DNA of 64,000 bases from assembly GCF_030144855.1 (NCBI RefSeq), contig NC_082731.1, positions 20,708,001 through 20,772,000 on the forward strand, written 5' to 3'. Source of the DNA: Hypanus sabinus. Lineage: Eukaryota. The notes beneath the pieces are model-generated. The model searched no databases and had not been told where the DNA came from. It saw nothing but the letters and a program-made list of their open reading frames with translations. Made by a program: the position numbers and the translations under genes. Of the stretch, positions 50,129 to 60,502 are shown piece after piece (within the stretch, counting starts at the first letter, position 1; each line of letters begins with the position of its first letter).

Positions 50129-53100
50129 GGTCATGGCCCCGTTTGGCAATTCCCCATTACCTCTTTGATTGGCCCTAATCACTTGCCTGATTTCCAATCG
50201 TTCGCATTTCAGTTAATTACACACTCCTGCTTCCCGTCAGTACCTACAGGATTAATACCCTGGAATCACAAGAAGCAACTGCCAGTTCATTGGTCAACAA
50301 TTGTATGAGTAACCTCGTTTCATGGTTATTCAGGAATGTCAGTTCTAAGTTCTGCATCGTCTCCTGGAATTTCCACGTGAACCTTGTCTCTGTATAAAGA
50401 CTCTCCGAGATACTGGCTCTCCGTTCGCAGTGGTGCTGACGCCTAACGACTCTACCTTAGCTGCTGTGTCCCGCACCTGTGTCTGTCCCCAGCCAGTCCC
50501 TGCGACTGAATGAACTGGCCAAGAGTGAACCGAGCGGACATGTAACGGACATTATTACAATACGCCGTCGTCGATGAGCTACAGCCACGTTCGTACACTT
50601 CGGATAGATATAAGTTCCTTTACATCATGGGGTTGTTACGAGAGGATACCTTGACATGGGCCACAGAGATATGGGATAATCGACCAGAGATTTGCTCCTC
50701 CTTTCCCTCCTTCGTCTCTGAAATGAGAAAGGTATTCGAAAAGCCGGATCGCGGTAGGGCACTGTAATGCGCTTGCTTGCTGACTCTTTATCTGGTTTCG
50801 CGGAGCACAGTGAATTACTCCGTCAAGTTTTGAACCTTCGCGGCCGACTTGGAGGGGAATGTCGAGGCCCTACGGGAGGTGTTACGACAGGGTCTCTCAA
50901 ATAAGATAAAAAATGAACTCTCAGCGAGGGACGACACAGGTAGCCTGGAATTTTTGGTCGCTTTAGGCAATAGGCTAGATAATGGACTTCGAGAGCGTCT
51001 CAGAGAAAAGACCAGTCGCCCCGCTCCTCGATTCAGCCTACGTCCCCCCCTTGCCATCTTTTACCAGCACTATCCCCTCTGTCCCTTCTGTTCCTCGCAG
51101 AGCTCCCGCTCCTGCTGTTCTGGTGAGTCACACGACTCTCCCTTCTGTTCCGCTAAGTCTGATGCAGGTCCCGGCTACCAGGAATTATGAACAACAGTCA
51201 CTGTCCCTTGGTGGATTCGGGTACCAAGGACAATCTGATGGACGAAGACAGAGCCTCCCAAGGCAGAATACCTCTTCAGCAGCTAAACTCCTCTCTGGAG
51301 GCCCGGGCACTGGACGGAAAACTGCTGACTCGAGTGATCCACTGTACGCCGCCCGTGACCTTCTTTCTGTCCGGAAACCAGACAGACAGACAGACAGACA
51401 TACTCTATTGATCCCCAGGGAAATTGGGTTTCGTTACAGCCGCACCAATCAAGAATAGTGTAAAATATAGCAATATAAAAATATAAGTAATGAAATAATA
51501 CTGTTAATCATGCCAAGTTAAAATAAGTTCAGGACCAGACTATTGTCTCAGGGTTTCTGGATCTCCGATGGAGGAGATTTAAAATTTGATGGCCACAGGC
51601 AGGCATGACTTCATATGACGCTCAGTGTTACATGTCGGTGGAATGAGTCTCTGGCGGAATGTGCTCCTGTCCCTAACCAGTACATTATTGAGTGGATGGG
51701 TGTCATTGTCCAAGATGGTATGCAACTTGGACAGCATCCACTTTTCAGACACCACCGTCAGAGAGCCCAGTTCCACCTCGGCAACATCACTGACGTTAAA
51801 AAGGAATTTGTTGATTCTGTTGGTGTCTGCTACCCTCAGACTGCTGCCCCAGCAAATAAAAGCAAACATGAGAGCACTGGCTACCACAGACACGTAGAAC
51901 ATCCTCACCATCGTCCGGCAGATGTTAAGGGACCTCAGTCTCCTCAGGAAATAGAGACGGCTCTGACCCTTCTTGTAGACAGCCTCAGTGTTCTTTGACC
52001 AGTCCAGTTTATTGTCAATTCGTATCCCCAGGTATCTGTAACCTTCCGCCATCTCCACACTGACACCTTGGATGGAAACAGGGATCACCGGTGCCTTAGC
52101 TCTCCGCAAGTCCACCACCAGCTCCTTCGTCTTTTTCACATTAAGCTGCAGATGATTCTGCTCGCACCATGTGACAAAGTTTCCCACCGTAGCCCTGTAC
52201 TGAGCCCCATCTCCATTGCTGATGCATCTAACTATGGCAGAGTCATCAGAAAACTTCTGAAAATGACAAGACTCTGCAGTAGTTGAAGTCCGAGGTGTAA
52301 ATGGTGAAGAGAAAGGGAGACAGGACAGTCCCCTGTGGAGACCCAATGCTGCAGGCCATCGTGAGGAAGTACGGTTCAATCACATCCATTTGTCTGAAAC
52401 CCCTGTAGTTCTAGGATACCCATAGCTGAACCACCACAATCCCCATATCGACTGGTCTAATGGGAAGATATCTAGCTGGAGCCCGTTTTGCCATGTCAAC
52501 TGTCTGCGGACGACCCCATCTCCCAGGAGACAATCGCCACCATGCCTGTCGTGGAACCGCTCGCCTTGTCCAGAGTCCCAGCAGAAACCATAATCTGGGA
52601 CAGGTATTCAGTCGGAACGGGATCTTTCCCTGCCTCCGCACCGCCCTATCATTGTGCCGTCGTCCTTTTCCCTGGGGCCTCACTACCCCCAGTGTAATCT
52701 ATCCCGACCGGACATAGGGGCCATGGAAACATTCATTAACGAGTCCCTCGCAGCGGCCATTATTAGACCTTCATCCTTCGCGGTAGGAAATAAGAGAAAT
52801 TATTAATCGCTTCGAATTCGCTTACCTTGATGATATCTTGATATTTTCTAGCAGTCCCCAGGAACGCATTTACCATGTCGATCTCGTCCTCCAGAGACTG
52901 TGGAAAAATCGGTTATTTGTGAAGGCGGAGAAATGCGAGTTCTACGTTCCTTCGGTCAGCTTTCTGGGTGACATCATTTAGAAATGGGCAGGTGAGAGCA
53001 GATCCCGAGAAGATCCGTGCGGTGGAAGAATGGCCTAGCCCACGACCCGCAAGCAACATCAACGGTTCCTGGGGTTTGCGAACTTCTTCCGTCGATTCGT

Positions 53101-54355
53101 CAGGGTCTACAGTCGAGTGGCGGCTCCCCTTACTCGGCTGAACTCGCCTACTACCCCTTTATGTTGCGACACCGAAGCTGACTCTGCGTTCACTGACCTA
53201 AAGAGGCGGTTCACAACCTCTCCCATCCTGGTACATCCGGAACCTTCACGCCAACTAATTGTTGCGGTGGACACCTCTGACTCTGGGATAGGGGTAGTAC
53301 TGCCCCAATGATCAAGTTCGGATGAAAAGCTTCACAGTTGTGCCTTCTTTCCTCTTCGACTGTCCCTCGCCGTGTGGTATTACGACATGGGGAATCGGGA
53401 ACTACTGGCGGTCAAACTAGTATTGGAAGAGTGGAGGCACTGGCTGGAAGCGGCGGAATACCCGCTTGTGTGTGGACTGATCATAAAAGCCTTGTTTATA
53501 TTCAGACCGCCAAACTTTGAATTCCCGGCAGGCCCGCTGGTCAACATTTTTTGGAATATTCAAATTTTCCCACACCTACCGTCCAGGGTCCAGGAACGGG
53601 AATACGGACGCGCTCTCCCGCCAATAGGACTCCAAGGAGGACACTTCCAGCCGGGAGACTATCCTCCCAACATCCTGCGTGGTGTCCACACTCACTTGGG
53701 ATATCGAGTCCAAAGAAAAGGAAGCCCTGACCCCGGCAATGGACCCGGCGATCTCCTGTATGTGTCCTATTCCGTCAACTCCCCTGTTCTCCAGTAGAGG
53801 GCCATATGTCGATTCATCTGCCAGTCCGGGAGTGATCGGAACCTGGCTCTCCTGGAAAACAATTTTGAAGGCCTTCCATGGAGACGGGTACCCGTCCCTC
53901 CGTCCGGGCTTGATACATCTATGCCCGTGGAAAAGCCTCTGATAGGCCACCTGTGAGGTAACATCGTCCTCTACCTGTCCCTGGTCGCACATTGCCCTAG
54001 ACTTCGTCACCGGTCTAACCCCTTCCCGCGGAAACACCACTGCCCTCACCCTGGTAGACCGGTTCTCCAAAGCGGTGCACTTTGTGGCGCTCTCTAAGTT
54101 TCATTCCGCTCAGGAAACTGCAGATCTTCCTGACCGCCACGTCTTCCTCTCCACAGAATCCCGAAGGACATTGTCTCCGATCCAGGTTCGTCTCGCAGGT
54201 ACGGAAGGCCTTCTTTCAAGCCTTGGGTGCATCTGTGAGCCTGTCATCCGGCTTCCACCCCCAGACGAACGAACAGACGGAACAGGTCAATCAGGACTTG
54301 GAGACGACGCTCCGTTGTGTAACGGCAATAAAACCCGTCTACCTGGAGCGACACG
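50129..54355 (+). mobile_element. Second copy of the chromovirus-type Gypsy element, 3'-truncated
   Basis: 5' LTR 50129-50507 is homologous to 11533-11903. Gag, protease, RT (YLDDILIFS near 52825, same internal deletion), RNase H and integrase relics. No 3' LTR. Confidence 0.9.
51381..52355 (-). mobile_element. Rex1/Babar-like LINE 3' fragment nested in the Gypsy element
   Basis: ORF 51579-52379: FQKFSDDSAIV..FVTWCEQNHLQLNVKKTKELVVDLRR..YLGIRIDNKLDW; (GACA)n tail at 51381-51400. Confidence 0.85.
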
Positions 54356-54379
54356 GAGCGACAGGAGAATTCTCTCCGC

Positions 54380-54590
54380 GTTTTGCAATTCTTCGTACAT
54401 TCAAAGTGGTGGAAATACCCAAGACACCTGCTGCGGTTGAAAAGGTCACGGAAGATGGAGAGGCCTCCAAAATAATCGGTGAGGTTTATCGCCGGATTGC
54501 CGTAAGCGAGCAGGACGATTCATTTCTGTAAGCCTAACTTTCTGGTGTCGGACTCCGCCGTGAATCTCTCTGTGCCATGGAACCAATATT
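54380..54590 (+). pseudogene. TCR V relic, family G, abutting the Gypsy breakpoint
   Basis: YIQSGG..KMERPPK*SVRFIAG..FLVSDSAVNLS; its 3' end is shared with 57500-57545. Confidence 0.6.
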
Positions 54591-54768
54591 CTTGTTCTTA
54601 TCTCGCCAATCAGGTCAAAAGATAGCTACGGCTAGTGCAATGATCAGGAATCAGAATGCGCCTGTTATCAGAAAATCAGAAGAAGCACACGCAATGATGT
54701 GTTTTCGTAATTAACCGGCAGATAGAATGTGGAAGAGCGAAAAAAAATAGTGTGTGAGAGGGTAGGGG

Positions 54769-54815
<47 letters not shown>

Positions 54816-55014
54816 GGCGAAAGGAAACGAGGGAGATTCTGATTGGTGCTCAGAAAGGTTTCGGTTCTTTATGTCAGCGAATCCCAAAACCAGTGAAACG
54901 CCCCGAGGCTTGCACAAGCTGAAAGCTATCACTGAAACGACCCAACACCAATATCTATTGAGTGATAATTACACCCCAGAAGAAATCTGCCGTTCGATGC
55001 AGCCAAAAATAAGA

Positions 55015-55110
55015 CTCCACGCTTTCCCTCTGTTCATTACTTATTGCTTTGGCTGTGCTGCCTGGTGACTCTGCCCGAAGGTAGCCAGCTAAATTCCTCC
55101 GCATTCAATA
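55015..55110 (+). pseudogene. Leader-only relic of a family-B V, preceded by the promoter and (GA)n
   Basis: CTGATTGG box at 54839-54846 and GCTGTGCTGCCTG|GTGAC. Homology stops within the intron. Confidence 0.55.
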
Positions 55111-56289
55111 CAAAATAAGCGACGGAACAGACCTTTAAACACGTAAAACAGCGGTTTGTTGTTACGTCTCCTTCTCGCTGAGAAAATGGAGGCCACCTCG
55201 CTTTCCCTTATTATGGGGAGAGCTTACCTGTGGTTTGTTGAATGTTGATGATATGCGAATCCTTTGAGGTAACACTGGTCTGAGTCTTTGCTATCACAGC
55301 ACAGGCGTGGTCTTGATAACTACTGATATGCATTTTCTGCTGGTGGGGGGAGAGGGATTTGAAAATCTCTGCTCGGTGCCGCTTACGCGCGGGAATGATG
55401 AGCTGGGGGATATTTTGGTGTTCTCACATTTAACTGTCGTAGCTTCCTTCGGCACTTCTCTGTTTTCGTGGATGTTTGCGAAGGAAGAGCATTTCATGAA
55501 GTATATTGCATAGATTTCTGTGACATGAAACTGGACCTTTGTACTTTTGAACCTTTGAGCATACGATCTTTGGTGTGGATAGAGTGTAACGGTCTGGTAA
55601 AATGTTAATGCCAATTTTGTAGGGTCTTTTATGTATCGGTTCTTTTCTGTAGAAGCACGTGTTCTGTTGGCGGTGTTTGGTCAGTGGTTAAAGGGTTACG
55701 TCATCCGATCAGGATGGTGAAATTGGGGGAAGTTTCCGGCGTCCCCTGTGGTAAGGGTATTTTCTTACAGACATTGAGGTGGATCGATGGCTTTTTCGGC
55801 TGGTGATGTATAGAGAAGAATCTCGAGAGAACAAGACTTAGGATTCGTTCCGGCGTTAATGCGCAATCCGACGCTGCACAACAGGGGAGATTCTAACGTG
55901 AAACGGTGAATATGAGATGATGCCGCGTGTACACATCGGGCATATCGGCCCTTACAAGATCTGAGCCCCAATCTAAGCATATTTGACGATTTACTTAAAA
56001 GGGCCCCTTTTTCTATGTATTTATTTTCTTTAATGAGGTTCTATAACATTCATAAATATAGTTTTATTCAGGTTTGCATACAGTGTACCGTCTTATTTCT
56101 TGCTGACGGAAAATTGCATGGGTCAGTAAATTGCAAGGCATTGACACAAAATGGGGTGAGAGTGGGCGAGAAATTCCGACCTCACTGTTTTGACGGGACG
56201 CACGTCGTATCTACCCTCGACGTACGAAGACTAAGTAAGGTGATATTAGCACGGCTGAGTCCGGTGGGTGTGAACGAAGAAATGAAGAG

Positions 56290-56610
56290 TGACGTCAGCA
56301 AGATCCCCAGTCAAAAGCGGTTTCAGAAGGATAAATAATAAGACTGAACTGCAATTGCATGAAGGCTAATGCACATAACTGTTTGAGCATTCAGACAGAC
56401 AGAGACTCTCCAAAATACTTTCTGAAGGAATTCAGCACGTTAGATAGAATAGTTTACACGATGCCCAGTGCGGTTTCTAATTGTTTTGAGGAAAGACAGG
56501 AATATGGTTCATTTAAGCCTGAACAATTCTTTTACTTATAACTTTACTACTTATTCCTGTGATGAGCAACTCAGACTATTGAAGTGGTATGACCGTTCTG
56601 GACAAAACCT
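56290..56610 (+). pseudogene. Divergent A-like TCR V pseudogene
   Basis: QDPQSKAVSEG*IIRLNCNC..IQTDRDSPKYFLKEFST..PVRFLIVLRKD..TYSC; CAGACTA 56572-56578, 23 nt, ACAAAACCT 56602-56610; TCAGTAGAGGGTGC 56622-56635. Confidence 0.7.
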
Positions 56611-57229
56611 GCCCTCATCGTTCAGTAGAGGGTGCGCTTAGCGCAGAAACGGTTAATCGCGAACAGTGTGAAATAGCGAAGTTTATCAACGAGATTTAAT
56701 CTGCCCGCAGTTTCGCAGACGCTAACGTCTGAAGAATACTTAGAGCAATCATACTGAAACGATAAAGATAAAATTAACAAAGGTTATTTGGGAGATCTAA
56801 ATTTGCTGTGTTCGTGTTGACTACAATGCGGTATAGGACAACTAGACGGACATAAGCTTCAAACACTTTTGAAGACTTCTCCACGGTTGGTATCGTGTGG
56901 CTCGAGTGTAACCTGGCGATAGAAAGTCTGTACAATCCAAACAGTCAACAAGTATTATGTCATACTGAAGGGAGCTGGCATTAATGACGATGCAGTTTAA
57001 TATATACATAGAGAGAGGGACTGAAAGAGTTTGAGCGAACGAGAGAGAAGAATGAAAGTTAGAATGAGAGAGCGGTAGGAAGTTTATAGAGCGGAAATCG
57101 GGTAGAGATGAAACAGTACAAAAGCACATAAGGATCAATTTCGTTTCATCAGCCTATACTTCAGCAGGACAAATCCCGACGACTTTAAAAGATTACTTTA
57201 AAAGGTTCGATGGGAAACTGAATCCAACT

Positions 57230-57545
57230 CCATGAGCTCGCTTCATAATAAATTTCGTTGAATTGTCCTGTAAGTTGTTATGAGGATTCCCAGTGAGTAT
57301 TCGGTGTAATGCCTAACAGGCATCTTTCTTTATACGAAGGACAAGAAGGAAATATTCGATGACAATGTATGATCTTGAATTAACGGTGGAGCAAGAATGC
57401 TCAGTAACACTAAACTGTATCTATAAGAGCGGATTGTAACTGTTTAGTACATTCACTATGGTGGAAGTTACCCAAAATACTTGATGCCTGAGGTGTCTGT
57501 GTCGGACTCCGACATGTATCTCTCTGTGGCATGGAGCGAATATTC
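57230..57545 (+). pseudogene. Internally deleted TCR V relic, family G
   Basis: GTGAGT donor near 57294, then SVTLNCIY..YIHYGGSYPKYLM joined to PEVSVSDSDMYLS. Confidence 0.6.
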
Positions 57546-57843
57546 TCAGACGGATTTGGCCAGTCTGAAAGTCAGACAATAACACTGAACTGCAAATACG
57601 CACAAGTTAATGCAAGCATTTTCGATACACACAGAATCACGGAAAATGTCGAAAAAAATCTGCTGAAGGTATATGGCTCATGAAAACTGGATCGTCTTCT
57701 AAACTGTCCGGCTACGATTCCAACTGATATGCACAAGTGCAGAGTCAGCTACTTTCTAGAATTCTTGTCCCCGTCACTGGCTTATACCTGCGTGCAATGG
57801 ACCACTCTGTCTTGCAAGGAGAGAACGGGTCCGGACAAAATGC
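57546..57843 (+). pseudogene. Leaderless family-C V relic directly after G
   Basis: ESQTITLNCKYAQVNASIF..LNCPA..; nonamer ACAAAATGC 57835-57843; CCACTAGAGGTCGC 57856-57869. Confidence 0.7.
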
Positions 57844-58874
57844 AGCTTTGCATGACCACTAGAGGTCGCCTTGCTGGAAAACTCGAACAGCCGCATGCAC
57901 GAAGAATGCGGATAACATGGTCGACATAAAACGCCGCATTTAGCAGCAAAAATGCCCCCAACCTTGAGGAAAAAATATTGATTTCACATTTCCCCTCGTG
58001 CTTTTGTGGCAGCTTTCCGAAATGTTCCCACTTTTTCTCCCTGTTCATGTCTCTGTTGCCTATTTTGTGGTTAAAATTTTGCCGAACATCATTTTTCACC
58101 ACATTGAGAGATTAATAGTGAAGGTGAGTACAACCTGGAGATAATGAGGTTGTATATGACTGTATAGCATTACGCAAAATGTTTTTGATGAAGATAGATT
58201 ACCAGTGGAGTATTTTAACATCAGTTTCGTAAAAGTGGATATAAATGGATGTTCTTTGTCGGATTAATAATAAATACTGGTTGGACTGTCATTGGAATTA
58301 ACGGTGTTCCCACAGCTATTTTAGATCTTCATTCATAATTTGGAAATTTGCAGATTGAATTGAAGTGGTTTATTCAAACAGTGAGAGGAGGGTGAAAAGA
58401 GAGGTAGAGGGATACAGAGAGAGGGTGAAATAGAGAGAAAGGGAGAGAGAGACGGAGAAAGAGATGGACGGTGGTGGTATAGGATCGAAAAAAGTGACTT
58501 GATTGGAATACAGACAGAGAGCGATTGAGTGACACAACGACGAAATATAAGGGAGTAACGAAACAGAGAACAAATTAGGAGATGCATTACTTGAAATTAA
58601 GTGCCAGTTAAATAGAATGAAGAAGGGAGGGGTGAGATCAACAAATAGAATAGAATTAGAGTGATGATAAATAGAGTGTGTAGGAGTTCCGTTCAGATCG
58701 GTGTCTAAATCGCCTCAGCTGTGACTTCCTCCGTTCAACTCCCATTTACAAGATCAATTTGTACAGGTTTTACAAAAAGTAAAGTATGCAGCACATCTGA
58801 CACCATTCTCGCAAAACCTATTATTAGCTTCTTGTATGCAATCTGTCTTTAGATGGCGCATGAAAGCAGACACC

Positions 58875-59130
58875 GTGTGCTTCCAGATCCGGAATAGCTA
58901 TATGGACTATGCTGCGGGGGGAGACTTTGCGCAGAATTATCGTTGGGTATCTCACAAGTGCAATAGAAACACTGGCTGGTCAATCACGTTGTCATTCTGT
59001 TGTAGTACCGTGTGGTAAAAAATTATGCTCTGTGCTTCGAACTTCAGTTACACATTGGCAAATTCATGTATATTCCCCGGGATACTTCAGTTTCGGGGTG
59101 CAAGGACCTTTCTTTTTTGATCGAAGGAAG
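58875..59130 (+). pseudogene. Truncated TCR V relic, family E
   Basis: GTG replaces ATG; paralogous to the other E copies. Confidence 0.5.
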
Positions 59131-59674
59131 ATGGGAGGTGACTTAACAGCTGTCCATAATACGAAAAGAGACATTCAAAGAATGGACAGCGAGCGTGTCG
59201 ACCTAAGGGTGGAGATGGCCTATGCGAGAGGACGGAATGGTATGGCTATTGGAAGATTTTTTTCTAATGAAGAGACCCGTGGCTACACGGACTGTGCCGG
59301 CCGTCAAGAGTCTATTAGCGTGGATAGGAAATTGGCTTCTTAAGAACAAACAAATATTAAGGAATATCTAGACGAACTCTTCCTGATATTGCATAACATA
59401 TATATTGCCGGAGGATTGACAAATGTAGCATTACAGGCCTTGCGTGGGATATGTCAACAAAGAACTCACTAAATAATTTAATTAAAAAATAATCAAACTA
59501 CTTCCAGCGGGATATTGTCGATTTCTAAAAAGCGACCACGTGAACATAAGGATATTTATTTGCGTTACACGTCAATCAGTACGTGAATATGCAGCTATTA
59601 TGGTGAGAGAGAAAGAGTGAGATGGAGAGAGAGAACAAGACAGAGAGGGAGTGACAGACAGGAGAGAAAGAGAG

Positions 59675-59679
<5 letters not shown>

Positions 59680-59740
<61 letters not shown>
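59680..59740. repeat. (GA)n microsatellite upstream of A6
   Basis: Direct reading. Confidence 0.95.
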
Positions 59741-59746
<6 letters not shown>

Positions 59747-59993
59747 GGAGGGAGGGAGAGGGCTTTGTAGGAGCGGAGAATCATCAAAATGACGTATAGA
59801 AACACAGTAGATTCTTGTTGGTGCTCAAGAAGACTCGTTTTTTTTATGTCAGCGAATCTTTTAACCAGGGAAACGCCCCCTGGTCTTATATAAGTTGAAC
59901 TTTACCGCTGAAAAGATCTCACACCATTATACCTATGTAATAATTACGTCCTGATTGGAACCTGCCGTTCGAAGCCGCCAGAATTTAGACACC

Positions 59994-60425
59994 ATGATTT
60001 CTCTCTGTTCATTACTGATTGCATTGGCTGTGTTGTCTGGTGAGTCTCAGCGAAGATGGTCAGCAAATGTGCCCCGTGGTCAATACAAACCAGCGATTTT
60101 GATGTATTCTGTCCTTTATTGCAGGAACGAGTGGGAAAGATACAGTGACGCAGGATCCTCCTGACATTACGGCTGAGGAAGGACAGTCCTTAACACTGAA
60201 ATGCACATACAGTAACGCTCTTGCAGATATCTTTTGGTACATTCAACACAGTGGAGGACCTCCAAATTATTTGCTGAAGATATATAGCACAGGAAGAATG
60301 GAACGGCATCCAGATTGCCCAGACAGATTTAACGCTACTTTGCAGAAAGACAGCAAGACATCTCAGTTGAATATCAGTGAAGCTCTTGTGTCGGACTCTG
60401 GCGTGTATCTTTGTGCAATGAGTAC
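59994..60425 (+). CDS. TRAV: Intact TCR alpha/delta-type V gene segment (A6)
   Basis: Leader 59994-60039 (MISLCSLLIALAVLSG), 85-nt GT-AG intron, open V exon 60125-60425: DTVTQDPPDITAEEGQSLTLKC-TYSNALADIF-WYIQHSGGPPNYLLK..PDCPDRF..DSGVYLCAMS. Confidence 0.93.
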
Positions 60426-60502
60426 CACACTGTTGTATGCGGACGATGTGTCCTAACAAAAAACGGTTCTGTATAGTATTAACTACTCTCACTGGAGGGC
60501 GC
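60426..60502 (+). promoter_or_regulatory. 23-RSS plus downstream CTCF-like motif (A6)
   Basis: CACACTG 60426-60432, 23 nt, ACAAAAAAC 60456-60464; TCACTGGAGGGCGC 60489-60502. Confidence 0.87.

Noticed and set aside
55294-55700. Minus-strand V-like words (CFYRKEP, PDRYTLS, YAIYF)
   Set aside because: They are scattered over different frames with no Cys23/Cys104 spacing or RSS; too weak to call.
59572-59805. LSLSLS and ERERER ORFs (also 11110-11553, 43873-44112, 48861-49070)
   Set aside because: Translations of (GA)n microsatellites.
30375-60425. NAR-TCR or IgH-like (TAILV) identity for these V segments
   Set aside because: They have their own leaders, full CDR2 regions, TCR-like FR2 and CAMS ends, and no D segments or 12-RSS cassettes were seen. 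The extra Cys is not in CDR1.
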